Assembly: GCA_015233135.1 (NCBI GenBank)
Contig: JADFYH010000001.1
Location: 27,930 to 91,929 of the forward strand
DNA from: Deltaproteobacteria bacterium
Lineage (GTDB): Bacteria > UBA10199 > JADFYH01
Length of the DNA stretch: 64,000 bases
Reading direction: 5' to 3'
The position numbers and the translations under genes were made by a program. The notes below the pieces were generated by a model, which ran no database searches, had not been told where the DNA came from, and was given only the letters and a program-made list of their open reading frames with translations. Of this stretch, positions 18,631 through 28,357 are shown piece by piece. Position 1 is the stretch's first letter. Each line of letters opens with the position of its first letter.

Positions 18631-18732
18631 CCCCCTCTTAGGCTAAGAGGGGGTCAGGGGGCGTTATGGCAATTGGATTCAAAGTGACCATAAACCCTCC
18701 TAACCCCCTTCTTAGCTTCAAGAGAAGGGAAA
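18631..18732. repeat. Palindromic GC-rich miniature element (family B, full copy) in the 5' leader of the thrC-like gene
   Basis: ccccctcttaggctaagagggggtcagggggcgttatggc ... gaccataaaccctcctaaccccc ttcttagcttcaagagaaggg. Confidence 0.7.
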
Positions 18733-18754
18733 ATTAATTCATTCCCCCATTTTC

Positions 18755-18932
18755 ACGAAAAAAAACCCCTTCTTGGGTGATCTGTTCCAGAATCATTCAA
18801 GAAGAGGTTTTATACCGCTCTCTCCTTATCTACCCCGATTCTTCGGGATGGAATTAGCACCCGTCGAATTTTCAAATTCCGGGTTGCTGCAGGATCATCG
18901 GGCCATTTCCCTCACCTGCTCTGGATAAGACG
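18755..18932 (-). ncRNA. SAM-I (S-box) riboswitch with intrinsic terminator
   Basis: Minus-strand RNA: UCUUAUCCAGAGCAGGUGAGGGAAAUGGCCCGAUGAUCCUGCAGCAACC...GGUGCUAAUUCC...GAUAAGGAGA (P1 UCUUAUC/GAUAAGA), matching the S-box consensus. Followed by CCUCUUCUUG...CAAGAAGGGG hairpin plus U8 at 18753-18805. Confidence 0.8.
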
Positions 18933-19363
18933 CTCAAGTCTTTCACGTGTATTCGATGCGCGAAGCACTTGTCAAGAGGGCACTTTTGAGTTTTAAGGAT
19001 TTATGGATGGTAAAGATGAGTTCTTAAGCCCTGTGAGACAAGGCCTTGGAGAGACGCTGAGAAAAATTCTGGATGACATCTACTTTGGATTTTATTTGTT
19101 GCACCAAATCTCCCTCGCTGGGACCGGACTTCTTCTGCACCTGGGACAAAAAACGCAACACAATCTCTCGATCCGACAGGTTGTAACCCGCCTCGAGAAA
19201 CCTGTTTTTAATCAGATTGAGAGGTTCTTGGCGCTGCATGGCCCATTTATCGCCATAAAATCGATAATTTTGCACCCATTTTTTTAAGCACCCTTGATCA
19301 TTCTTAAAAAACTGTTATAGGCGCTATACTTATTCGCTCATCTTTAACATTAAGGAGTTTTCG

Positions 19364-19978
19364 ATGTCTTCGTTTTCAGAACCCAAAGCAAAAAATCTCA
19401 CCTGGCACCCAGGCAAACTCAGCAGTGGTCAACGAATTGAAAAACTTGGACAGAAAGGCGCTGTCCTTTGGTTGACGGGCCTTTCCGCCTCTGGAAAATC
19501 CACTGTCGCTCGCGAAGTGGAGCTGGCCCTGGTCGAAAACAGTAAAAATGCCTATGTGCTGGATGGAGACAATATTCGTCAGGGATTAAACTCAAATTTG
19601 GGATTTTCTCCCGAAGACCGCAAGGAAAACATCCGTCGAATTGGCGAAGTGGCCAAGCTTTTTTCCGAGGCCAATGTCATTACCCTTACCGCCTTCATTT
19701 CCCCTTATCAGGCCGACCGAGACCTGGCCCGAAAACTGGTGCCTGCCGGACAATTTTTTGAAATTTATTGCGCAGCCAGTGTGGAAGAATGTGAAGACCG
19801 CGACCCCAAAGGCCTGTATAAAAAGGCTAGAGCCGGAGAGATTAAAGAATTTACTGGAGTCTCTGCCCCTTACGAAGCCCCCGAAAAACCTGAATTGATT
19901 TTATACACCGGCAAGGAAACTCTGGAAGAAAGTACCAAAAAAGTGCTGGCTTTGCTGCAGGAGAAGGGGATTATTTAA
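19364..19978 (+). CDS. cysC: Adenylylsulfate (APS) kinase
   Basis: P-loop GLSASGKST, 204 aa, typical APS kinase length and motifs. Confidence 0.9.
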   Translation: MSSFSEPKAKNLTWHPGKLSSGQRIEKLGQKGAVLWLTGLSASGKSTVAREVELALVENSKNAYVLDGDNIRQGLNSNLGFSPEDRKENIRRIGEVAKLFSEANVITLTAFISPYQADRDLARKLVPAGQFFEIYCAASVEECEDRDPKGLYKKARAGEIKEFTGVSAPYEAPEKPELILYTGKETLEESTKKVLALLQEKGII

Positions 19979-19992
19979 TCGATTGAAAAAAA

Positions 19993-20748
19993 ATGGACAT
20001 CACTCCACAACTCCTCACCACCCTCGAAAAAATCTCCGATCCCAAAGATCTACTGAAGGAGATCTTCAGCCGCTTTGGAAATCGAGCCGCCATCGGAACC
20101 AGCGGACAGCTCACCGGATCGGTCCTGATTGACATGGCCTGCCAGACTGGGCTCAAACCTCGCATCTTCACCCTCGATACCCTCCGGCTTTTTCCGGAGA
20201 CCTACGAACTTTTTTCCGAGGTCGAAAAAAAATACGGGATTCAAATCGAAAAAGTCCACCCCGATCCCACAAAACTATCAGAAATGATTCGTGAGCATGG
20301 GGAGTATCTCTTTTTTGACAGTAAAGAAAAACAGGAACTCTGCTGTAACATCCGCAAAGTGGAACCCAACGAAAAAATGCTAGAGACCTTGGACGTATGG
20401 ATTACCGGTTTAAGAGCCGATCAATCCAGAGCCCGAGCGAGCACCGCAAAATTTGAAATTCAATCGCGTGGAGAAAACAAGCCTCCCCTTCTGAAAGTGG
20501 CCCCTTTGGTAGATTGGACGGAGAAGCAACTCCGCAACTATGCCACGCAACATCAAGTGCCCGTTCATCCATTACTCAACTGGAATCACGAAGGCTGGTA
20601 TTACGAATCGTTAGGCTGCATTTTATGCACCACCCCCATCGGACCCAACGAAGCCCGCCGTGCAGGGCGTTGGCGCTGGTTTAATGCGCTGGATCCAAAT
20701 GCAAACAAGGAATGTGGTCTGCATGGGCTGAAAAAAATCGGGAGATGA
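19993..20748 (+). CDS. cysH: Phosphoadenosine phosphosulfate (PAPS/APS) reductase
   Basis: PAPS reductase fold with C-terminal KECGLH motif. Confidence 0.85.
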   Translation: MDITPQLLTTLEKISDPKDLLKEIFSRFGNRAAIGTSGQLTGSVLIDMACQTGLKPRIFTLDTLRLFPETYELFSEVEKKYGIQIEKVHPDPTKLSEMIREHGEYLFFDSKEKQELCCNIRKVEPNEKMLETLDVWITGLRADQSRARASTAKFEIQSRGENKPPLLKVAPLVDWTEKQLRNYATQHQVPVHPLLNWNHEGWYYESLGCILCTTPIGPNEARRAGRWRWFNALDPNANKECGLHGLKKIGR

Positions 20749-21810
20749 TCATTGCCCTTTTTGATGGGCATTGAGAAAACTCCAGGTATCACAAGCAAAA
20801 GCAGAGGGAAGGGAATGCCCCTCAGGACTGCCACCACTACCACTTCGAATGTTTTCTGAAACCGTATATCCCGCTGCCGTTAACGCCGTAGACAAACTGC
20901 AGGAATAGTAAGGAGAAACAATGTCATCTTGGGCCCCATGGGCGATGTAGGCCGCAGGCTTGCGAGAGCTGGGAGGCGTGGCGGGTTGATCGGCAGAAGT
21001 ACAAGCCGCATTGCACTGAGCCCAGGTCATGGATCCACCCGGAGTGGAAGTAGACAGAGCAGAGCAACTGGTCCCCGAACCGGTAAAGGTGCAAGATCCA
21101 CGGTTGGCACAGGGAATGTTTCCGCCCGAATTCTCCGCAAAAGAAGCAACATTGGAATTGGTAAAGGCCACGAGCTCCGCAAAAAAGGCTCCATTCGAAT
21201 GGCCCAACACATGGATACGATTTGCATCGATATTGTAAGTAGAGCGGGCATAAGTGATGATAGAGTCCACCAGCTGCAAATCGGCATTGGTAGAAGTATT
21301 ATCCGTCAGATCCCAACCAGGTCCATCGCCATCGTAGTGATCAAAATTGGCCATCCCAATAGAATCTCGTGCATTGGGCGCTGCCAACACTATGCCTTGA
21401 GCCTGCGCCAATAAATCTGCAGAAGATTCACAAATGACATTCGCTCCGGTAGAACCCGTGCCATGCATTAAAATCAAAAGCGCCGGGCTAGTGCCACGAT
21501 TGGAAGGAGCATAAAAGGTAACCGTACGACCAGAAAAATGGGTGGTATCGGTGGTTGCACCCGCAATAACAGAAGTGTCTCCCGAACTTGTACAAAGGCT
21601 ACTCACACTGGTACAGCTAGCAGCACTCCCTCCGGTATTTCCCCCAGTATTTCCCCCAGTATTTCCTCCCGTATTTCCCCCTGTATTGGTATTGCCTCCT
21701 CCTGGAGCTGCTGTATCCGTAGTCGAATTGGAACCGGAACCTCCACAGGCTGCAAGGCTAAACGACAAGATCAGAGCAAGAATGTATCTTTTGAAGTAAA
21801 ACATGGCCAC
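20749..21810 (-). CDS. Secreted lipoprotein esterase (alpha/beta hydrolase, PHB-depolymerase/feruloyl-esterase-like)
   Basis: Lipobox LAACGG; low-complexity (GGNT)n linker; nucleophile elbow GHSNG; 12-nt tandem DNA repeat at about 21620-21690. Confidence 0.55.
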   Translation of the reverse strand: MAMFYFKRYILALILSFSLAACGGSGSNSTTDTAAPGGGNTNTGGNTGGNTGGNTGGNTGGSAASCTSVSSLCTSSGDTSVIAGATTDTTHFSGRTVTFYAPSNRGTSPALLILMHGTGSTGANVICESSADLLAQAQGIVLAAPNARDSIGMANFDHYDGDGPGWDLTDNTSTNADLQLVDSIITYARSTYNIDANRIHVLGHSNGAFFAELVAFTNSNVASFAENSGGNIPCANRGSCTFTGSGTSCSALSTSTPGGSMTWAQCNAACTSADQPATPPSSRKPAAYIAHGAQDDIVSPYYSCSLSTALTAAGYTVSENIRSGSGGSPEGHSLPSAFACDTWSFLNAHQKGQ

Positions 21811-21911
21811 CCCCCCCCACTGTAAAAGTTAAAAAAGGACACAGGGGTAATTATGCCATAGATATGAAATGTGAAAAGCAGAAAAGTATTTTTTTTAGGG
21901 CGCCTCTACGG

Positions 21912-23339
21912 TTACTCCCCCACCAAATCGTATTCCGCCGCTTCTACAATTTTCACCTCGCAAAAGTCCCCCACTCTCATTCCTTGAGAAGCTTTCACGT
22001 AGGTGATGCCATCAATTTCAGGGGCTTGAATACCAAGACGGGCCTCGAGGTAGCCTGGTTTTTCTTCGCTGATGCACTCCAGCAGGGCAGGCAAGGCTTT
22101 ACCAACCAGTCTTTTATTTTTTTTGAGCGAGATCCCTTGCTGCAAACTCATCAAGCGGTGAAATCGTTCATCTTTTTCTTCTGGGGCGATTTGACCCGGC
22201 AAGGCTGCGGCCAGAGTATCTTCTTCTGGAGAATATCTAAAAACACCCACATGATGAAATTCGTACTCTTTCACAAACTGATACAGCTCGTCAAATTCCG
22301 CCTTGGTCTCCCCGGGATAACCCACGATAAATGTGGTACGGATGGCAATCTCCGGTATAGCCTTTTTTAATTTTCCTAAAATTTGACGTACATATCGGGC
22401 AGGAGAACCTCGCTTCATGGAACGCATGACGCGGGCATTGATATGCTGCAAAGGCATGTCGACATATTTCACCAGATGCCCCGAATTGCGTAGGACAGCA
22501 ACCAAGCCGTCCGTAAACTCCAACGGGTACATGTAAAGCGGTCGAATCCAGAAATCGCCTTTGATCTGATCAAGCTCTTTCAACAGCCCAGTGAGATTTG
22601 TTCCGTCCCGAAGATCTTTTCCATATTCGTTTAAGTCCTGGGCAATGAGATTAAATTCCCTCACCCCTTTACCAAGCCCCTGCTGTACTTCGCGAACGAT
22701 GGAGGCAATGCGCCTGCTTTTCAAATCCCCGCGAATGTGGGGAATAATGCAAAAAGAACAGCGGTGAGAACAACCTTCGGAAATTTTCACATAACTAAAG
22801 TGCCCCGGCGTAGAAAGCACCCGTGGCAAATCCGGATCAGGCAAGATTTGGCGGCGGGTGGTGAAGGAGCTGAGATCGGAAGGGGTTTTGGATTCGGGGT
22901 GTTGGTTGATGAACAGGCGATCCCCCTCTCCCTGATGACCCTCCCCCTCCCTCAGTATCCTCCCAATCCGATCAAACTCCCCCAAACCCACAAAGGCGTC
23001 TATTTCCGGCAGCTCTGCCTCCAACTGCCTTGCATAACGCTGAGTCAGACAACCTGTCGCCACAAGCACCTTGCAGCGCGCCGTTTTCTTAAGCTCGGCC
23101 ATCTCTAAAATTTTATTAATCGATTCGGTTTTGGAATCTTCCACAAAACCGCAGGTATTCACAATCACCACATCGGCTTCTTGGGGATTGGCCGAAAAGG
23201 AAAAGCCCTCTTGCTTCAGAAAGCCCAGCATCATTTCGGCATCCACCAAATTCTTGGGGCAACCAAGGGAGATAAGGGAGATGATTTTTGAATTTTTTTC
23301 AGTCATCTTGATCTTTCGGATTCTGAAATTGGTGGACAT
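21912..23339 (-). CDS. rimO: Ribosomal protein S12 methylthiotransferase RimO (radical SAM MTTase)
   Basis: N-terminal SLGCPKNLVDAE, radical SAM CSHRCSFC, C-terminal TRAM; in-frame repeat insertion around EGEGHQGEGDRLF. Confidence 0.8.
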   Translation of the reverse strand: MSTNFRIRKIKMTEKNSKIISLISLGCPKNLVDAEMMLGFLKQEGFSFSANPQEADVVIVNTCGFVEDSKTESINKILEMAELKKTARCKVLVATGCLTQRYARQLEAELPEIDAFVGLGEFDRIGRILREGEGHQGEGDRLFINQHPESKTPSDLSSFTTRRQILPDPDLPRVLSTPGHFSYVKISEGCSHRCSFCIIPHIRGDLKSRRIASIVREVQQGLGKGVREFNLIAQDLNEYGKDLRDGTNLTGLLKELDQIKGDFWIRPLYMYPLEFTDGLVAVLRNSGHLVKYVDMPLQHINARVMRSMKRGSPARYVRQILGKLKKAIPEIAIRTTFIVGYPGETKAEFDELYQFVKEYEFHHVGVFRYSPEEDTLAAALPGQIAPEEKDERFHRLMSLQQGISLKKNKRLVGKALPALLECISEEKPGYLEARLGIQAPEIDGITYVKASQGMRVGDFCEVKIVEAAEYDLVGE

Positions 23340-23389
23340 AATAGATGGAATCTGAATGCAATAAGGCCGGGCTATAGCGAAAGATACTT

Positions 23390-24691
23390 ATGACGCAAGT
23401 TTATTTGTTCAGTAGGCAAAGGTCTTTGAGCGGCCAGGCGCCTATACAGGTGGCAGGTGGCCTTCCGGAGACAAACACACAACTTCGAGTGGTAGACAAC
23501 GACGGAAATCAGATTTTTGACGAGAGGGATTCCTATTTTTTTCAGGGAAGTCAGGGAGGGGGGTGGTCTCTCAGTGCCGAGCAGGGCCTGAGATTACTCA
23601 ATGTTTTTACGGATCCTAGAAATCTTTTCAATCATCATGAAACTTTAAAAATTGCTCACCAAGGCTTTAGCCCCGCTTCTTCTGAGCGATGGGCGAGGCT
23701 CAATAGCTTCAGTCAGATACGAGACTTAAATCCCTACGAAAGAGATTTGGGGTTCTTCAGAAGAGAGGCTTATTTTTGGTCTCCCTCCGGCGCGGTGAAT
23801 TATCGTTTCCTGAGCGGAGAACAAAGCTTTGGTCCACAAGAAAATTTGGCCTTTAGTGGGCTTGTTTCGGGATTATCCGGTATATGGAATGCTCTAAACG
23901 CAAACATGATTACACATCGACTTCTCGTTCGAACCACTCTTTTTGTGGGAATTTTTATGTTGGGTTCACGGGCCATCCATCCGCTTTTCATGTGGCAGAT
24001 GTATATGAGTAATTACCTGAACATGAATATAGGGAGTATGCATGAGGGATCTGTCTTGAGGGAACAGCTTAGGATTCTCGAACACCAAAATCCTCAATCG
24101 AGCAATCGGGCAGAACGCGTGCGTGGCAATATTCAAATGGGATTGGCCCGTTCTAGCCTGGCCGAAGATCATGCCTATTGGGGAATCACCTGGCCTTTTG
24201 CGTTGTTTGTGGGTGGTTTTGCAGATTCCAATTTTAGAAAGATCTGGCCTGCCCCCTGGAGAATGCCCAGACTCGGACCTATAAAAGAATATTTTTCCAT
24301 CCAGTCAAGTTCAAGTCTGGCCTATATCCGTCGCGGGCCTTCCCAATTTCTGCTTGCGGGACTTGCCGCTTATGGTCTGTACGAATTGGCCTTAAATTGG
24401 AATGCATTTTTCGGAGGGGCCCCCGAAAGCAGTTCAACGGGGAAGCTGATGGCGATTCCGACCGCTTTGCCCATCGTCCTATTTATTTTAGATTTGATGG
24501 AACGCGGCAGGCCCTTGCCTTGGGGAGTTTCTAACTGGATCCAGCTACACAGTTATTCGGCTGGAAAAATTGGTTTAGGGATTGGTGTTGCCTTGGCTGC
24601 AACGTCTATTTTGGGGTATGCCACCGGTTATTTTGATGAACGACATTCTCCTGTTTCTCGTTTTCGAGAGTTTTTTTCTCACAACTCGTAG
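23390..24691 (+). CDS. Hypothetical protein with C-terminal membrane segments
   Basis: 433-aa ORF, no recognisable motifs. Confidence 0.3.
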   Translation: MTQVYLFSRQRSLSGQAPIQVAGGLPETNTQLRVVDNDGNQIFDERDSYFFQGSQGGGWSLSAEQGLRLLNVFTDPRNLFNHHETLKIAHQGFSPASSERWARLNSFSQIRDLNPYERDLGFFRREAYFWSPSGAVNYRFLSGEQSFGPQENLAFSGLVSGLSGIWNALNANMITHRLLVRTTLFVGIFMLGSRAIHPLFMWQMYMSNYLNMNIGSMHEGSVLREQLRILEHQNPQSSNRAERVRGNIQMGLARSSLAEDHAYWGITWPFALFVGGFADSNFRKIWPAPWRMPRLGPIKEYFSIQSSSSLAYIRRGPSQFLLAGLAAYGLYELALNWNAFFGGAPESSSTGKLMAIPTALPIVLFILDLMERGRPLPWGVSNWIQLHSYSAGKIGLGIGVALAATSILGYATGYFDERHSPVSRFREFFSHNS

Positions 24692-24749
24692 TTTTTTATT
24701 GAGATTAGGGACCAATATTTTCTAGGCTCTAGTTAACAGAGGGGGGGCT

Positions 24750-25256
24750 ATGAAAATTCAAAGCTGGATGAATAATGTTTCAAAACCTGTCATTCACTTT
24801 TTTGGAATTGCTGACCCTGTTTTGTTTAAAAAATTACAGCAACAATTAGAATCGATGGAGCAGCAGTTGCAGATAAAACCACCGCTTGAGAGGGTTCCAT
24901 CCCCTAAAAAAAAATTTCCTCTTTTCGGTTATTTTAATTCGGATCCTGCCACTTTTTCAATACTGAAACAGTCTCTGAAAGATCGTTTTTCACTAAAAAC
25001 CTTTTCCAATTGGGAAAATGTGGTGAGGCATTTGTCAAAAAAACCCATGCCTTATTTTTTGGTTGATTTGTCTTCCATCGGAAGTCAGGGTTTAAAGGCC
25101 CTTAAATTGCTCCGTCAGAAAAGCCCGAGGACAAAAATAATGGCTCTTTCTAGTTATTTGAGCGCTGGATTGGCGCATATCATGCCTAAGCCCCTTATAT
25201 TTGAAGAAATTTTACAAAAACCCCTCAATGAAGAGCAGTTGAATAAACTGAGATGA
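24750..25256 (+). CDS. Hypothetical protein, possible degenerate CheY-like receiver domain
   Basis: PYFLVDLSS...KIMALSSY pattern faintly receiver-like. Confidence 0.25.
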   Translation: MKIQSWMNNVSKPVIHFFGIADPVLFKKLQQQLESMEQQLQIKPPLERVPSPKKKFPLFGYFNSDPATFSILKQSLKDRFSLKTFSNWENVVRHLSKKPMPYFLVDLSSIGSQGLKALKLLRQKSPRTKIMALSSYLSAGLAHIMPKPLIFEEILQKPLNEEQLNKLR

Positions 25257-25351
25257 AGTAAAAGATACAGACTTCCCCCTGAAGATACTTTATGCTAGGG
25301 ACGACTTCACGCTGAATCCATATTCATCCAAAATGCTAACTCGGAATAAAA

Positions 25352-26986
25352 ATGAAAAATCCTATTTTGATGCAATTAAAGGCCTATCAAGAAAGGTTTT
25401 TAAAAATATACGCAGGGTACTATCCCGTCACTGCCACCTCTCTTGGAGTTTATGAATACAACTCTAATTTCAGAGATTTCAGCGGAGGCGCGCTTAAGAA
25501 TTATTTGGCCGAACTGAAGGGGCTTGAAAAAGAACTCAATGATTTTAAAAACGATAAAGAGTTGTCCTTAGACGAATCGATGGATGCAGAACTTTTGGCA
25601 CGAAAGATCAAACTGGAACGCAAAGAGCTTCTTGAATTCGTTTATTTTGAACGTGATCCCAGCTTGTATGTGAGTGAGGCCTTGTACGGTCTCTGGTACT
25701 TATGGATGCGTCCCTTAGATGAAGGAGATCGCATTCAATCCCTTACCGATCGTATTGGCAAAATCCCTGCCTTGTTTGCACAGGCCAAAGAATTTTTAAA
25801 GGAACCCGCCAAGGTTTGGGTAGATTTGGCCCTGGATGAAATCAGTGGCCTGGAAAATTTTTTAGCGGAAACCTTGAAGAACCTCTCCCGTGTCAGTCCT
25901 GCCAAGGCAAAGTTGCAAGAGTTGGGAGAGGAAGCAGCCAAAGAAATTAAAAGTTTCAAAAAATTTCTTACTCTCAAGTTTGCCAAGGCCAAAGGCGATT
26001 ATGCGATTGGTAAAAAAAGTTTTGAAGAATTGCTAAAGCTTTATCATGGTTATTCTGAAAGTATTGCGGATATCGAAAAAATGGGTCAAAAAGCCCTAAA
26101 AGAAACCCAAAAAGAGATTACAGAGCTTTCGAAAAAAGTGAGTGGCAATGTCGCCTGGAAATCTTTTGTGGGCAAGCTGAAGAAAAAGCATCCTGCCTAT
26201 GTCGATTTGTTGCGCACTTATGAAGCCGAGGTGGAAAAACTGAAAGGCTTTCTGGTGCAAAATAAAATCGTCACCATTCCCAAATATGAATCTCTACGGG
26301 TGATGGATACACCGCTTTTCTCAAGGGCCACGGTTCCTATCGCGGCTTATATTGATCCTCCCTTATTTTCAAAAGATCGCACAGGAACTTTTTTTGTCAC
26401 TCCTCCCAAAAGCGCCAAAGACAGTGAGGCCTTGCAGGAGCACTGCTACGCGTCACTCTTAATTACCGCCTTGCACGAGGCCTATCCGGGACACCATTTG
26501 CAATTTGTCTATCAGGCCAATTTGAAAAGTCCTATCCGCAAACTCTTCAATTGTTCCAGCTATTACGAGGGTTGGGCCCTTTACTGCGAAGAAATGCTGG
26601 GCGAGCAGGGTTATTACAACGATGAAGTGAAAATTTTTCAGCTGAAAGATAAAATCTGGCGTGCCTGCCGCATTCTGGTGGATATCGGCCTGCATACCAA
26701 AAAGATGAGCATCGACGAAGCAGCCCGTTTTATTGCCAAGGAGACCCAGATGAGCCTGGAGTCCGCCAAGGCCGATGTGCGCTGGTACACGCAGCGTCCC
26801 ACCGTGCCACAATCGTATCTCAGCGGGATGCTGAAAATAAAAAGCCTGCGCGAAAAAGCCCAAAAGAAATGGGAGAAAAAATACAGTCTCAAGAAGTTTC
26901 ACGATTGGTTTTTAAAATTCGGTGCCATTCCCCTGGGTATGATTGAAGAGGCTTTGATGCAGGGTGGGGGAGAGACGGAGGAGTGA
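25352..26986 (+). CDS. DUF885-family protein (putative metallopeptidase)
   Basis: ALHEAYPGHHLQ motif characteristic of DUF885. Confidence 0.5.
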   Translation: MKNPILMQLKAYQERFLKIYAGYYPVTATSLGVYEYNSNFRDFSGGALKNYLAELKGLEKELNDFKNDKELSLDESMDAELLARKIKLERKELLEFVYFERDPSLYVSEALYGLWYLWMRPLDEGDRIQSLTDRIGKIPALFAQAKEFLKEPAKVWVDLALDEISGLENFLAETLKNLSRVSPAKAKLQELGEEAAKEIKSFKKFLTLKFAKAKGDYAIGKKSFEELLKLYHGYSESIADIEKMGQKALKETQKEITELSKKVSGNVAWKSFVGKLKKKHPAYVDLLRTYEAEVEKLKGFLVQNKIVTIPKYESLRVMDTPLFSRATVPIAAYIDPPLFSKDRTGTFFVTPPKSAKDSEALQEHCYASLLITALHEAYPGHHLQFVYQANLKSPIRKLFNCSSYYEGWALYCEEMLGEQGYYNDEVKIFQLKDKIWRACRILVDIGLHTKKMSIDEAARFIAKETQMSLESAKADVRWYTQRPTVPQSYLSGMLKIKSLREKAQKKWEKKYSLKKFHDWFLKFGAIPLGMIEEALMQGGGETEE

Positions 26987-27013
26987 GTTTTCTAAAAAAG
27001 TATTTGAGCAAAG

Positions 27014-27250
27014 TTCCCTCTCCCTTGAGGCATAGGTATCTACACATCTCAGCAAACTATTGGTTTTATTGACTCTGCTGTTCCTCCCCTTAAGCTAAGG
27101 GGAGGTTAGGAGGGGTTATGGAAGATCTTGCTGAACTCAAAAATACTGTAATTTGCACGGTTTTCCATAACTCCCCCAACCCCCTCTTAGCTTAAGAGGG
27201 GGCAATACCAAAAGATGTGTAGATACCTATGCCCTTGAGGGGAGGGGAAA
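27014..27250. repeat. About 240-bp near-perfect palindromic miniature element (family B core with long terminal inverted repeats)
   Basis: ccctctcccttgaggcataggtatctacacatct (27014-27050) mirrored by agatgtgtagatacctatgcccttgaggggagggg (27213-27250); core two-hairpin unit at 27084-27203. Confidence 0.75.
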
Positions 27251-27281
27251 ACCGCGTGATTACAATGTTTATACTTCGTTA

Positions 27282-27953
27282 ATGAGGCGTCAAATTTATA
27301 TGAGAAAAATTATTTACCAAATTTCGATTTTAGTCTTTTTTTCTTCTTCTCTCTACGCGAAATCCAATCTGCAGGCTGGTTTCCAAGGTCAAGCTCCCCT
27401 CAATCAAAACATTTACTTAGTCGTCAAAGGTGTTTTTGCCAGCCAGTCTCAGGCCGCGGAAACCAAAAAATTTATTCAACAGCTTCTTGTGCGCACCCCG
27501 GCGGATGGGATCATCGCATCGGACGACCTCAAGGATTTTCCTAAAGGCAAGTGGGTGGTCGCTTCGGCTTTTGATGATGAAAAAAAGGCAAAGTGGTGGC
27601 TGAGTTTTTCGGACCGCAATGCGAAACTTCCCCGCCCTTACGTGAAGAAAACCCAGATTTCACAAAATGCCCAGGCCCTTCCTTATTTCCCGGAAGCCGA
27701 GCGTCTGGGAGAAAAACGCTTTGCCTCCGAGCAAGAGATCTTGAATCAGATCGAGGCCTTTTCAGATGTGAGGAGTCTTAAAAAAGAGGCCAAAATCAAG
27801 TACCAGTTTACCAAATATCCTCGCAGTGAAGACATGCGCTATGAAGTGGAAATCCTGAAAGAGAAAAACGGAAGATTTATTTCCTACGATTTTGTAAAAG
27901 TGGATGCGGAAAATCCAAAACGCTATAGTCGATTTTTAGAAAAATTAAAATAG
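27282..27953 (+). CDS. Hypothetical secreted protein
   Basis: Signal peptide MRKIIYQISILVFFSSSLYA; no recognised domain. Confidence 0.35.
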   Translation: MRRQIYMRKIIYQISILVFFSSSLYAKSNLQAGFQGQAPLNQNIYLVVKGVFASQSQAAETKKFIQQLLVRTPADGIIASDDLKDFPKGKWVVASAFDDEKKAKWWLSFSDRNAKLPRPYVKKTQISQNAQALPYFPEAERLGEKRFASEQEILNQIEAFSDVRSLKKEAKIKYQFTKYPRSEDMRYEVEILKEKNGRFISYDFVKVDAENPKRYSRFLEKLK

Positions 27954-28357
27954 AGAGCTCCTAGACTTGCTGTGCTTCTTACACCCAACCAGAAACTGTT
28001 TTTGCTGACCAACCTGGGCCTTCAACTTCCAGAAAACAAGACTTTCAATTTGGAGGTAGTTCCCGAGGGACTCCTTTTCAGTCCCGCCTTCGGAGCAGGT
28101 TCACAAAATTGTGACTGCGCTTTATTAATCACGCGAGAGCGGGCTGAAATCTTAATGGGGAGTCTCTGCAGAAACGATAATTGGAGAACCTTTTCTCCTA
28201 TTTGGAGGCCGTCGGGCTGTCTCTCGGACACCAATCTTTTTAGAGAGACGCGTGCGGCCATCGCGCTCATCCAAGGAGCTGCTACTTATATAGATGCCCG
28301 CTTTCTACGAACCCACCGTTTGCAGATAGAAAATATTCGGCGGCAGTTCTTGCAAGA

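Noticed and set aside
19003-19287. ORFs 19003..19287(+) and 19024..19275(-) between the riboswitch and cysC
   Set aside because: They are mutually overlapping, lack an RBS or any motif, and the region must hold the divergent promoters for the riboswitch operon and cysC. One could be a small real gene, but the sequence alone does not support a call.
21538-21825. Plus-strand ORFs with (VFPP)n / (SISP)n repeats
   Set aside because: These are the other frames of the tandem DNA repeat in the esterase gene. The esterase frame has the lipobox and GHSNG catalytic elbow.
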